From contig CAWEJX010000020.1 of the NCBI GenBank assembly GCA_963809485.1, positions 64,001-128,000 of the forward strand: 64,000 nucleotides of DNA, written 5' to 3'. Positions 10,168 through 20,421 of the stretch are shown piece after piece. The notes under the pieces are model-generated. The model saw only the letters and a program-made list of their open reading frames with translations. It was not told the origin of the DNA and ran no database searches. The position numbers were made by a program, and so were the translations under genes. How positions within the stretch are numbered: position 1 is the first letter of the stretch; each line of letters opens with the position of its first letter. This stretch comes from an uncultured Acidobacteriota bacterium. GTDB lineage: Bacteria > Acidobacteriota > UBA6911.

Positions 10168-11436
10168 ATGGCCGAAAAAATGCTGATTATCGATGACGAA
10201 GAGATTGTATTGAAATCCTGCCGGAGGATATTCGAATCCGAAGGATTTGAGGTGACAACCACGGGCAATCCGGACGAGGGTCTCAACCTGGTATCGCAGA
10301 AGCATTTCGATGTCATCCTGGTGGACTGGATGATGCCGGGTTTCGACGGGATGGATGTGGTCGAGGAGATCGACCGGCGATCCGCCAATTCCGCCATTGT
10401 TATGATCAGCGGGCATCCTTCGGTGGGCCGTGCAACGGAAGCCATGAAACGCGGTGCTATGGACTATCTTGCCAAGCCCTTTACCCCGGAGGAGGTCAGT
10501 GCGGTAGTCAAAAAAGCGGTGAGGAGAAAAGTCGTCGAGGAAAAGAAAGCCATAGGCCGCGTCGAGACAATAATGAAATCCTGGCAATTCCCCGTGCCCG
10601 CCCTGGAGGACAACGCGCCCAAAACGATTGCGGAGACTGTCGCCCAGAAGATTGGGGTTACCAAAGCCACTTCTCCATGGTTGAGCGTCTTCGTGTTGGG
10701 CATCCTGGCCGGCGCCTATATCGGTTTTGGAGGCATGCTTTCCACGACCGCCACGTTTGACGCTGCGGCCAAGGTGGGAGTCGGCCTTTCCAGGGTGCTC
10801 GGCGGGGCCGTCTTCAGCGTAGGCCTGATGCTGGTCGTGATCGCGGGGGCGGAATTGTTCACCGGCAATAACCTGATGGTCTCCAGCGTGATGCTGGGAG
10901 AAATCACCTTCAGCACGATGCTGCGGAGATGGGGGATCGTATTTATCGCCAACTTCATCGGGTCCATCATTGTAGCGCTCCTCTTCTTCTACTCGGGTCT
11001 CTGGAAAACGGGGGACGGGGCCTTGGGCGCCGCAGCTATCAAGGTAGCCTATAACAAGGTCAATCTCTCCTTCGTGGAGGCGCTCATCCGGGCGATAGGG
11101 TGCAATTGGCTGGTCTGTCTTGCCGTCTGGATGGCGCTGGCCTCGCGTCAGACCATCGGGAAGATATTCGCCATTTTCTTTCCAATCATGGCTTTTGTCG
11201 CTATCGGCTTTGAGCACAGCGTCGCCAATATGTACTTCATCCCCACCGGGATGCTGCTGGCTCACGGAACTGCCGTCTCGGAACTTGCGGGCATAGACAT
11301 CAGTCAGCTGAACTGGGCGAATTTTCTATTCAGGAACCTTCTGCCCGTAACCATAGGAAATATCATCGGGGGCGCTGTTTTCGTCGGCATGAGCTATTGG
11401 GGAGCTTACCTCAGGCCTCTCAAAGCGGCCAAATAG
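10168..11436 (+). CDS. Receiver domain fused to formate/nitrite transporter (FNT) channel
   Basis: N-terminal REC (IIDDE, VDWMMP, ISG, KPF) in frame with FNT motifs GAELFTGN, CNWLVCLA, GFEHSVANM, GNIIGG. Confidence 0.92.
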   Translation: MAEKMLIIDDEEIVLKSCRRIFESEGFEVTTTGNPDEGLNLVSQKHFDVILVDWMMPGFDGMDVVEEIDRRSANSAIVMISGHPSVGRATEAMKRGAMDYLAKPFTPEEVSAVVKKAVRRKVVEEKKAIGRVETIMKSWQFPVPALEDNAPKTIAETVAQKIGVTKATSPWLSVFVLGILAGAYIGFGGMLSTTATFDAAAKVGVGLSRVLGGAVFSVGLMLVVIAGAELFTGNNLMVSSVMLGEITFSTMLRRWGIVFIANFIGSIIVALLFFYSGLWKTGDGALGAAAIKVAYNKVNLSFVEALIRAIGCNWLVCLAVWMALASRQTIGKIFAIFFPIMAFVAIGFEHSVANMYFIPTGMLLAHGTAVSELAGIDISQLNWANFLFRNLLPVTIGNIIGGAVFVGMSYWGAYLRPLKAAK

Positions 11437-11465
11437 AAAAGAGAGCCGGAGGGAGCAGGCGCCGG

Positions 11466-12758
11466 CTATTCGATCGGATTGGCGCTCCTTCGATCGACGG
11501 TATCGCCGAGCTGCAGGACCGTAACTTCCACCGTTGAGCGGACTCCCTCCACGACCACGATTCCGTTTTCGGATACAAAATAGGAACTGCGATCCTTCTC
11601 GGGGTCATATCCGATGGCAGCCCCTTCGGGCACGTGGACATTCTTGTCCAGGATGGCGCCCCGCACCCTGGCATAGCGCCCGATATCGCAGTTATCGAAC
11701 AGGACCGACGATTCGACGACCGCCCCGGAATGAATCCGCACGGCCCTTCCGAGCACCGAATTCAGTGCGACTCCGCCCGAGAGAATGCACCCGCTCGATA
11801 TGATCGAGTCGATGGCATGACCGCGCCGCCCATCCTGGTCGAATACGAATTTTGCCGGCGGATAAAGCTCACGGGTCGATCCCAGCGGCCATTGCGTGTT
11901 GTAAAGGTTCAGATCGGGGATCACGGCGCGCAGATCCATGCTGGCCTGGTAGTAAGCATCGACGGTGCCCACGTCGCGCCAGTAGGGGAGCACAGAGGGA
12001 GGATCTCCGGGGATGCGGTTTTCCCGGAAATCGTAGGCGTAGACTTTCGCCCGCTGCACCAGGTCGGGCAGGATATCCTTCCCGAAATCATGGCTGCTCG
12101 TCTCATTGGCCGCATCGGCGACAAGTTCCCGCATCAGGACGTCCGCCGTAAAGACATAATTGCCCATCGAGGCAAAGACCTTTTCCGGGTCATCCGGAAT
12201 GGTGGGGGCATCGGATCTTTTTTCGTGAAAATCGATGATCCTGCCTTCGGGCGTCACTTCCACCACACCGAACTCGGCTGCAAGCTCCTTGGCCATCGGG
12301 AATGCCGCAACCGTCACATCGGCGTCTTTTGCATTGTGAAACTCGATCATGTCCCGGATGTTCATCCGGTAGATGTGATCGGCGCCGAAAACCAGGACCA
12401 GGTGCGGGTCTGCCCGCTTGACAAGATCCATGTTCTGATAAATCGCGTCTGCCGTTCCTTGATACCAGGTTTCGTCCGGAGACCGCATCTGCGCAGGGAC
12501 AGGGACGATAAATTGATACGGCAGCAGGCTTCCGAACTGCCATGTATCCCGCAGGTGTTGGAGCAGAGACTGGCTTTTGAACTGTGTGAGCACGAAGGTG
12601 GAATATACGCCGGAGTTCACAAGGTTGCTGAGAACAAAATCGACGATGCGGTATTTGCCGCCGAAGGGCACCGCCGGCTTTGCCCTGTTCTTCGTCAGCG
12701 GGTAGAGACGAGTTCCCTTCCCTCCGGCGAGCACCATTGCGAGTACGCGACGATTCAT
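11466..12758 (-). CDS. glgC: Glucose-1-phosphate adenylyltransferase
   Basis: LAGGKGTRLYPLT, RAKPAVPFGGKYRIVDF, WYQGTADA, ASMGNY, HDFGKD, YWRDVGT. Confidence 0.97.
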   Translation of the reverse strand: MNRRVLAMVLAGGKGTRLYPLTKNRAKPAVPFGGKYRIVDFVLSNLVNSGVYSTFVLTQFKSQSLLQHLRDTWQFGSLLPYQFIVPVPAQMRSPDETWYQGTADAIYQNMDLVKRADPHLVLVFGADHIYRMNIRDMIEFHNAKDADVTVAAFPMAKELAAEFGVVEVTPEGRIIDFHEKRSDAPTIPDDPEKVFASMGNYVFTADVLMRELVADAANETSSHDFGKDILPDLVQRAKVYAYDFRENRIPGDPPSVLPYWRDVGTVDAYYQASMDLRAVIPDLNLYNTQWPLGSTRELYPPAKFVFDQDGRRGHAIDSIISSGCILSGGVALNSVLGRAVRIHSGAVVESSVLFDNCDIGRYARVRGAILDKNVHVPEGAAIGYDPEKDRSSYFVSENGIVVVEGVRSTVEVTVLQLGDTVDRRSANPIE

Positions 12759-13150
12759 TATTTGCCCGGCTTTCCTGGAGCGCGTTGCGAATTCCTCTGC
12801 TACTGTCTGTTAGTTTATTCTAATTCCTTCGCCGGATCAACCCAATCACATCAGCATGGCCACGAGCGGTTGGTGGTTTTTCCGGGCTCTCCCGAGCGAA
12901 GAGACCGATGGAGCCGAGAACAACATCCGCAAATATCCAGCGTGCCGCGAGGCATGGGCAAATTGAGCATAATCCCTGCAAAGAATTAGGCTTGTCTTCA
13001 AACAATTCAGTATAAAATACCCGTTTAGTGTCGGCGGTGCAGCAGTTGGGCATATCCGCAGCAATCCCGAAAATAATCTTGGGCGGGTAGCATCATATTT
13101 TGCCTTTCATCTCATATCCGCAATTTCACAAGGGAGGACTGAAGACATCC

Positions 13151-14668
13151 ATGCCACGCAGAATCGGGTTCGACAACGAGCGGTATATCCAGGAACAGAC
13201 GTCGGAAATCCTCCAGCGGGTGAAGCGGTTCGATAACAAGCTGTACCTGGAGTTCGGAGGCAAGCTTTTGTTTGACTTCCATGCCTCGCGCGTTCTTCCG
13301 GGCTACGACTCCAATGTCAAAATGCGCCTGATCCGGGAGTTAAAGGACAAAGCGGATATCCTGCTGTGCATTTACGCAGGAGATATCGAGCGAAAGAAAA
13401 TCCGGGCCGATTTCGGCATCACCTACGACGCCGATGCCTTGAAGCTGATTGACGACCTGCGAAGGTGGGACATCAGCGTGCGCGGCGTGGTCATCACCCG
13501 CTTTGACAACCAGCCGGCTGCCACCCTTTTCAAGAACAAGCTGGAGCGCAGAAACATCGAAGTTTTCACGCATCGATATACAAAAGGCTATCCGACGGAC
13601 ATCGAGTCGATCGTGAGCGACGAAGGCTATGGGGCGAATCAATATGTAGAGACCAAAAATCCACTGGTGATTGTGACGGGTCCCGGACCGGGCAGCGGCA
13701 AGCTCGCCACCTGTCTGTCCCAGCTTTATCATGAGTACCGGCGGGGGAACAAGGCCGGCTATGCCAAGTTCGAGACCTTCCCAATCTGGAACATCCCGCT
13801 CAAACACCCGATTAACGTAGCCTATGAAGCAGCCACCGCGGATATAAGGGATTTCAACCTCGTGGATCCCTTCCATCTGGACGCATATGGAACGAAAGCC
13901 GTGAACTATAACCGCGACGTGGAGGTTTTTCCGATCGTCAAACGCATTCTTGAAAAAATCACCGGGGGGAATTCTTTCTACCAGTCACCGACCGACATGG
14001 GCGTTAACAGGGCGGGATTTGCCATTGTCGACGACGGAGCAACCAGGGAAGCCGCAAAACAGGAAATTCTGCGTCGCAGCTTCCGCTACCGTTGCGAATA
14101 CGCTATGGGTCTGGCGGACAAGGACACCGTTCAAAGGGTGGAACTCCTCATGGAGGATCTGGGGATCCGGACGGAGGACCGCGCCGTTGTCGCTCCTTCA
14201 TGGGAGGCGGCCCGGAAAGGCCAGGAGCAGGAAAAGGGAAACGAGGGGATCTATTGCGGTGCAGCGATAGAGCTCAGGGATGGGACGATCATAACAGGCA
14301 ACAACTCCCCTCTCATGCATGCATCCTCAAGCCTTGTGCTCAATGCCATCAAATTCCTGGCAGACATTCCCGACAAGATCAAACTGCTGCCAAATGCGAT
14401 TACGGACTCGGTGCGAAGCTTGAAGACGGATATTCTCAACGAGCATTCCGTCAGCCTGGACCTGGAGGAAACTTTGATAGCCCTCAGCATCAGTGCCGCA
14501 ACAAATCCGGCCGCCCAGCTCGCTATCGAGAAGCTGACGGAGCTTCGCAACTGTGAAGCTCATATGACCCACATCCCCACGGCAGGCGATGAAGCCGGCC
14601 TGAGGCGTCTTGGTGTCAACCTGACCACCGAGCCTCATTTCTCGACCAAAAATCTCTTTATGCCCTGA
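13151..14668 (+). CDS. DUF1846 / UPF0371 family protein
   Basis: KLYLEFGGKL, GPGPGSGKLATCLSQLYHE, YAKFETFPIWN, SPTDMGVN; RBS GGAGG before ATG 13151. Confidence 0.9.
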   Translation: MPRRIGFDNERYIQEQTSEILQRVKRFDNKLYLEFGGKLLFDFHASRVLPGYDSNVKMRLIRELKDKADILLCIYAGDIERKKIRADFGITYDADALKLIDDLRRWDISVRGVVITRFDNQPAATLFKNKLERRNIEVFTHRYTKGYPTDIESIVSDEGYGANQYVETKNPLVIVTGPGPGSGKLATCLSQLYHEYRRGNKAGYAKFETFPIWNIPLKHPINVAYEAATADIRDFNLVDPFHLDAYGTKAVNYNRDVEVFPIVKRILEKITGGNSFYQSPTDMGVNRAGFAIVDDGATREAAKQEILRRSFRYRCEYAMGLADKDTVQRVELLMEDLGIRTEDRAVVAPSWEAARKGQEQEKGNEGIYCGAAIELRDGTIITGNNSPLMHASSSLVLNAIKFLADIPDKIKLLPNAITDSVRSLKTDILNEHSVSLDLEETLIALSISAATNPAAQLAIEKLTELRNCEAHMTHIPTAGDEAGLRRLGVNLTTEPHFSTKNLFMP

Positions 14669-14910
14669 CGAAGGAAGGACGGCAATTTCAAAAGCCATTT
14701 TCAAGATCGCCGCTGGCCGGCGGAAAGGTCACAGCCTGATGGAGGCAGCTTGAAGCATCGGCCGGCCGGTTCCGCCGTCCGGCAATCCGGCGAAGCATCG
14801 GGCAGGGCGATGAGCTCCGATGCAGCGGCTGAAAGCCTGGTTGTTTGAGCCTGAGGCCTGTGTTAGACTTTTTTCCTTGAAGATGGGTTGAACGGCCGGA
14901 GGAACCAGAG

Positions 14911-15570
14911 GTGGAATTCCACAAATCAACGGTTCGGGAATATTTTGAATCCATAGTCATAACTGCCATCATTGCACTCTTTGCCACCACGTTCGTGGTT
15001 CAGGCGTTCAAGATTCCTACCGGATCGATGGAATCCAATCTGTTGATCGGCGATCATCTTTTGGTCAATAAATTTGCATACGGGCTAAAGTCAGGCTTCA
15101 TATCCAAGCTCCTTCCCTATAAAGAACCCAAACGCGGGGATGTCATCGTTTTTAAATATCCGAACAGCCCGGAAGTCGCCTACGTTAAGCGGCTGATCGG
15201 AATGCCCGGCGACCGGATTGAGATGGTAGGCCATACCATCTACGTCAATGGTCAGGCACTAAAGGAAACTTATACCCAGTATATTGATCCCGGGAGCATT
15301 TATGCTCGCTACGGGCCATATACCGTGCCGACGGGCCATTATTTTGCCATGGGGGATAACAGGGACAACAGCCAGGACAGCCGTTTCTGGGGATCGGTGC
15401 CCCGGGATTACCTATTGGGCAAAGCCCTGGTCATATATTGGTCTTTCGAAACGCCGCGAGATGAATATCTCCAGACAAGCGTGCCGGATCGACTGAAACA
15501 GTTTGCCGATGTCTTCCTTAACTTTTTCACCAAGACGCGGTGGCGCCGCACCCTCAAGATCATTGCATGA
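14911..15570 (+). CDS. lepB: Signal peptidase I
   Basis: IPTGSM (catalytic Ser), GDHLLVNK, YVKRLIG (Lys), GDNRDNSQDSR. Confidence 0.96.
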   Translation: MEFHKSTVREYFESIVITAIIALFATTFVVQAFKIPTGSMESNLLIGDHLLVNKFAYGLKSGFISKLLPYKEPKRGDVIVFKYPNSPEVAYVKRLIGMPGDRIEMVGHTIYVNGQALKETYTQYIDPGSIYARYGPYTVPTGHYFAMGDNRDNSQDSRFWGSVPRDYLLGKALVIYWSFETPRDEYLQTSVPDRLKQFADVFLNFFTKTRWRRTLKIIA

Positions 15571-16225
15571 TCGAGGCGCACGATCATGGAATTCAAGATG
15601 CGCCATTATCAGCCGGTGGTGCCGGCCTGTCCTTCGGCTTGCAATTATCGCTTTGCCTGCCGGGCTCATGATGGTCCATGCCCGGCCGGAAACCAAGCCT
15701 CCCGGCATATCTCAAGCGGCCGCAGAGCGTTGCGGTCTCAAGATGAAAAGCCTCGAGGATTTTGCGGCCGACCGCAAAGGTCATCCGAACCAGACTACAC
15801 AGTTTTCCGAGGAAGAGGCCAATTCATATCTTGCGCTCAATTTAAGCCGGAAATACCATCCCTCCCTCAAGAGCCTGGTCGTTACTTTTGAAAAGGAACG
15901 GATGCAGGCGGTTGCGGTTATTGACTTCGACCAACTGGCAAGCAAATCGACCAAGCTGTTGCCCCAGCTGATTGGCTTATTGCTTTCCGGAACCCACACT
16001 CTCACGGCGCGCGGGCAGGTAATAAGTGGGGGCGGCAAGGCCAGATTCCAGCTGGAACAGGCCCGCTTTGACGACAGCACGCTCCCAAAATCCCTGGTTG
16101 AGGAGATTATTACGGCTGTAGGAAAGAAGCAGAATCCTCCTTTCGATCCTTTGCAGCCCTCAACGCTGCCGTATGAGATCGATCACCTGGAGCCGAATCA
16201 GGGGAATATCATGGTATTCCAGTAG
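15503..16225 (+). CDS. Hypothetical exported or membrane-anchored protein; start uncertain
   Basis: Fills the gap between lepB and the TPR gene; hydrophobic segment RPVLRLAIIALPAGLMMVHA followed by a protein-like soluble domain; no clear in-frame start before the hydrophobic segment. Confidence 0.65.
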   Translation: MPMSSLTFSPRRGGAAPSRSLHDRGARSWNSRCAIISRWCRPVLRLAIIALPAGLMMVHARPETKPPGISQAAAERCGLKMKSLEDFAADRKGHPNQTTQFSEEEANSYLALNLSRKYHPSLKSLVVTFEKERMQAVAVIDFDQLASKSTKLLPQLIGLLLSGTHTLTARGQVISGGGKARFQLEQARFDDSTLPKSLVEEIITAVGKKQNPPFDPLQPSTLPYEIDHLEPNQGNIMVFQ

Positions 16226-16330
16226 ATGCGCTGGCCGGCATCCGGCAAAGCCCCCTGGAGCAAGCCCTTGGCGGCTATAGCCGGCATGCGGTTATGTTTT
16301 TTTCACTTAATCCTTGTGAGGTCTCCCGCA

Positions 16331-17449
16331 GTGAACAATCAACAATTCAAAGCCATGCTTAAGAGTGCAAGCACCGACGAGGAACGAATATCTCTCTATG
16401 ACACCTACGGCGAAGAGTTGTTCGAAAAGGCGAGCTATGCCGAAGCCATTGAGATTAATGCACAGGCGTTGAAGGCTCAAAAGCAGCCGAACCTGAAGGC
16501 ATACTTTATGGGGCGGATCGGGTTTTGCCACTTCAACATGGGCAATGACAGGGAAGCCTTCAAATACCTGCTGAAATCGGCGCAGCTCTTTGAGCCCGGC
16601 AAGCCGGAATTCATGGAGGATATGTTTGGTTTCGTCCATTTCCACCTGGGATCGCTCTATGAGTTTCACGGCAAAATCCAGAAATCACTGGAGGCCAGGA
16701 AGATATGTGAGGGGCACATTGACAGCCAGGAAAAGGATACTCAGTGGATGCTTTATGCCGGGATCAGCCGCAACTATGAAATGCTGCGCATGCACGATGA
16801 GGCTATTCGATATTCCCAGAAGGCCATTCAGGTACTGAGTGATAATGACCCTGGGTTGGGCTATCTGTATGAAAGCATGGCCAATAACTATATGGGGCTT
16901 CAGCAGTATAACGAGGCTATCAAGCATTTTTCAAGAGTGCTGGAACTGGATCCGCATTTCGAACGTAAGGACGAGATCCAGATGAAAATGGCCGAGTGCT
17001 ACCATAGGCTCGCCAATTACAAGATGGCAATGGAAACCTACCAGAAGATCCTGGAACTCAAGCAGATCACCGGGAAAAAGAACGATCTGGTCTGGCTCTA
17101 CCTCAAAATGGCTGAATGTCATTTTCGTCAGGAAAAGTATGAAAAATCTCTGCTTGTCACGCTTGAAATGCTGCGCCGGTCTATCAGAAACAAGCTGGAG
17201 AAAGCCGAAGCCCGCAGCTACCTGACGGATAACTATTATGAACTGGGCCGCTATAAAGAAGCCGTGGAAGAAGGAGAAAAAACGCTATTGCTGGCCCGGC
17301 GATTCCCCAACGACGATCTCTTCTATGTCCGCATGGCTTTGAGCTATCAAAAATTGGGAGACAAGAAAGCCTTCGCAAAATACCGCTCTCTTTTCCGTAG
17401 AATGTTTCGCGGGGACAATTGGAATAAATACCTTGAGAAACTGACCTAG
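16331..17449 (+). CDS. Tetratricopeptide repeat protein
   Basis: Repeated TPR-like units (e.g. YESMANNYMGLQQYNEAIKHFSRVLELDP); GTG start at 16331. Confidence 0.85.
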   Translation: MNNQQFKAMLKSASTDEERISLYDTYGEELFEKASYAEAIEINAQALKAQKQPNLKAYFMGRIGFCHFNMGNDREAFKYLLKSAQLFEPGKPEFMEDMFGFVHFHLGSLYEFHGKIQKSLEARKICEGHIDSQEKDTQWMLYAGISRNYEMLRMHDEAIRYSQKAIQVLSDNDPGLGYLYESMANNYMGLQQYNEAIKHFSRVLELDPHFERKDEIQMKMAECYHRLANYKMAMETYQKILELKQITGKKNDLVWLYLKMAECHFRQEKYEKSLLVTLEMLRRSIRNKLEKAEARSYLTDNYYELGRYKEAVEEGEKTLLLARRFPNDDLFYVRMALSYQKLGDKKAFAKYRSLFRRMFRGDNWNKYLEKLT

Positions 17450-17557
17450 ATCCTTCTTTCGGCAGTTGGTTGACGGCAAACAAGGCCATGCGATTCCCGT
17501 AGCTGTGTATTCTTAAAGCGCCCCGGAGAAGCCGGGGATTTTCATCAGAAGTCAAAG

Positions 17558-18868
17558 ATGAGAAAAGCTGCAAGGCGGATAGTGGAGAAACTTCGTCTGC
17601 ACGGTCACGAGGCCTTCTTCGCGGGCGGCTGGGTGAGGGACTATCTGCTGCGAAAAAAGCCCAAGGATGTGGATATCGCCACAAGCGCCCTTCCGGATGA
17701 AGTGATGAGGCTTTTCCCGAATGCCCGAGCCATTGGCGCGCAGTTTGGCGTAGTCCAGGTTCGCATGTATGGCCGTGCTTATGAGGTGGCTACCTTTCGC
17801 AGCGATCACCTATACCTGGACGGGCGCCATCCGTCCTCCGTATCCTTTTCCGGACCAGAGCAGGATGCTTTGAGGAGAGATTTTACGATCAATGGCCTTT
17901 TCTATGATCCGGTGGCGGATCGGCTTATTGATTTCGTCCGTGGCAGGAACGACCTTCAGAACCGGCTCATCCGAACCATCGGCGATCCGGGCGCTCGTTT
18001 TGCAGAAGATAAGCTCCGGATGTTGCGGGCCGTTAGACTTGCCAGCTGCCTCGATTTCGAAATTGTGCCGGAAACATGGGATGCCATTCGGAAGCTGGCG
18101 CCGGAAATTCTGAGTGTCAGTTGGGAGCGGATCCGCGACGAATTGGTCAAGCTTCTGACGGGACCGGCACCTGCCGCCGGAATCGACCTGCTCCATGAGA
18201 GCCGCCTTCTTTGGCATATCCTGCCGGAACTTGAAACGATGCGGGGAGTTCCAAACATGGGGGCCTCCGGGGATGTAGACGTCTTTGCGCATACGCGGGC
18301 GGCATTATCGCTGCTTCGCAACCCGTCGCATTGTCTGGCATTCGGCACCTTGCTGCACGATGTCGGCAAGCCGTCCTCGTATTCTGTTGATGCCCAGGTA
18401 TGTTTTGCAGGACATGCCAAACTGGGCGGCAGGATCAGCGAGCAGATTTGCCGCCGTTTGAAAATGTCGCGGGAAGAAGCCGGCCGGATAACCGACCTGG
18501 TTGAAGGACACCTTGACTTCGAGCAAGCTAAAGGCCTGAAGGAGAGCGCGCTGCGCAGATTACTCGGCAAACCCTATATTGCCGAGCACCTGGAACTCCA
18601 CCGGGTGAACCTGCTTAGCAGCCGCAGAGACTTGGAGGTTCACACCTACTGCCTGCAAAAACTTGAACAATATCGGCATGAGCCTGCACCTGCGCCATTC
18701 ATAACAGGGGAAGACCTGATCGGGCTGGGTTATCAGCCTGGCCCGATTTTCAAAGAGATGCTTCGAGCCATCGAGGACCTCCAGCTTGACGGGATCGTGC
18801 GTTCGCGCGAGGAAGCTCTCGAATACCTGAGCCGGAGTTACCCGCCGCTTGGCACGGCAGAATCATAA
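17558..18868 (+). CDS. cca: CCA tRNA nucleotidyltransferase / poly(A) polymerase family
   Basis: GGWVRD, DVDIAT, EVATFR, RRDFTING, EDKLRMLRAVR, LLHDVGK. Confidence 0.9.
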   Translation: MRKAARRIVEKLRLHGHEAFFAGGWVRDYLLRKKPKDVDIATSALPDEVMRLFPNARAIGAQFGVVQVRMYGRAYEVATFRSDHLYLDGRHPSSVSFSGPEQDALRRDFTINGLFYDPVADRLIDFVRGRNDLQNRLIRTIGDPGARFAEDKLRMLRAVRLASCLDFEIVPETWDAIRKLAPEILSVSWERIRDELVKLLTGPAPAAGIDLLHESRLLWHILPELETMRGVPNMGASGDVDVFAHTRAALSLLRNPSHCLAFGTLLHDVGKPSSYSVDAQVCFAGHAKLGGRISEQICRRLKMSREEAGRITDLVEGHLDFEQAKGLKESALRRLLGKPYIAEHLELHRVNLLSSRRDLEVHTYCLQKLEQYRHEPAPAPFITGEDLIGLGYQPGPIFKEMLRAIEDLQLDGIVRSREEALEYLSRSYPPLGTAES

Positions 18869-18880
18869 TCGGAGGCCTCG

Positions 18881-20059
18881 TTGAATCCCTTTGTCATAGA
18901 CAGTCGTGCTCAAATTACTGCGGCCGCAGTCCGGCGCCTGCGCCGCGGTCATCTGTGGGTTTATGCCGGGGACGTAGAGCATGAGCCTTCCGGAACTCCC
19001 GCGATTGTTCAGGTAAACGATCCGGCTTCCAATGTTCTGGGATATGCCTTTTATAGCAGGCAATCGCAGATTCGGCTGCGCTTTCTTTCCCGGGATACGG
19101 ATCCGCCTACCATAGATTTTTTGCGGGCCCGTATCCAACAATCGATAGGCAGAAGACGGGGAATGATGGGTGAAGGATCGGCATGCCGTCTGGTTTTTGG
19201 AGAGGGAGACCTGCTCCCTGCCGTCATTGTGGACCGATATGGTGATTACGTCGCATTGCAGACTCTTTCGAGCGGCGCCGACGCGATAAAACCTGCACTG
19301 GTTGACATTCTCGCAGATCTGCTCTCACCGGTGGGAATTCTGGAGAGGAATGACGTTAAGTCCCGCCGTTTGGAAGGACTTGAAGAAAAACAGGGCGTTT
19401 TGTGGGGGAGTGTTCCCAAGGAAATTGAAATATTGGAAGATGGAACCCGATTCCTGATCGATTTAAGGGGTGGACAAAAAACAGGCTTTTTCCTCGATCA
19501 AAGTCAGAATCGCATAGCCGCCAGGAAGTATGCTTCCGGCCGGGCATTGGATTGCTTCAGCAATACGGGGGCTTTTGCGCTCCAATTCGCGCGATGCTGC
19601 GATTCCGTATTGGCGGTCGACATATCCGCCGAATCACTGGAGATTGCGCGCCGCAACAGCGAACTCAACGGCATCAAAAATGTCGATTTTGTGGTCGGGA
19701 ACGTTTTTGATTTTCTCCGGGAAATGGAAAGCGGGGGTCAGTTGTTTGACACAATATGCCTGGACCCTCCGGCATTCGCCAAAAACCGGAAGTCGCAGGC
19801 CGGCGCGAGAAGCGGATATAAAGAAATCAACTTGCGGGCTCTCAAGCTGCTGCGGCCGGAGGGTATTCTGATTACGTCGAGCTGTTCTTATCACATTTCC
19901 GAGACGGATTTCTTTGATCTGGTCTGCGATGCTGCCCGTGACAGCCACCGTTCCCTTCAGGTTATCGAGAGACGCGGGCAGGCGAATGACCACCCGGTGC
20001 TGGCAGGCATGCCTGAAACGCAATACCTCAAGTGCTTCTTCCTTCGGGCTATTCATTGA
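18881..20059 (+). CDS. rlmI: RlmI-family rRNA (m5C) methyltransferase
   Basis: GHLWVY PUA-like N-terminus, GQKTGFFLDQ, LDPPAF, TSSCS. Confidence 0.85.
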   Translation: MNPFVIDSRAQITAAAVRRLRRGHLWVYAGDVEHEPSGTPAIVQVNDPASNVLGYAFYSRQSQIRLRFLSRDTDPPTIDFLRARIQQSIGRRRGMMGEGSACRLVFGEGDLLPAVIVDRYGDYVALQTLSSGADAIKPALVDILADLLSPVGILERNDVKSRRLEGLEEKQGVLWGSVPKEIEILEDGTRFLIDLRGGQKTGFFLDQSQNRIAARKYASGRALDCFSNTGAFALQFARCCDSVLAVDISAESLEIARRNSELNGIKNVDFVVGNVFDFLREMESGGQLFDTICLDPPAFAKNRKSQAGARSGYKEINLRALKLLRPEGILITSSCSYHISETDFFDLVCDAARDSHRSLQVIERRGQANDHPVLAGMPETQYLKCFFLRAIH

Positions 20060-20421
20060 TTGCCGGATAACACCGTCTCAGAAACACGATTCCCCTTCCT
20101 GAAGCTCGATGAGAATGGTCCCAAGCACCTGCTCGCGGTTGGGCGCAGATGAAGAACAAGCCAAAAGGGCAGCGCATCGCCTGGCGGAGACGAAGCCATA
20201 TTCAAAATCCGATTCTCAATATCTCGCCTATTTCAAAGGAGTTCAGGGACGTGACAATGGGTGGCTCAGTTGCAGGACATTGGGCAGGTGAGGACGGGCC
20301 TGTTGGCTCGTCCTCACTTGTTAAAATCAAAAGGCAGAAGACTTTGTGGAAATGACGATGGCAACCGTCCTGTTGCTTTGAGCATTCTCCACTGGAGGCG
20401 TGCGCCATTCAGCATAAAGCG

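Noticed and set aside
11634-12989. Long opposite-strand ORFs (451 aa here; also 10144..11265, 38747..39805, 59492..60484, 6400..7302)
   Set aside because: Antisense shadows of well-supported genes in GC-rich DNA, with no recognisable motifs.
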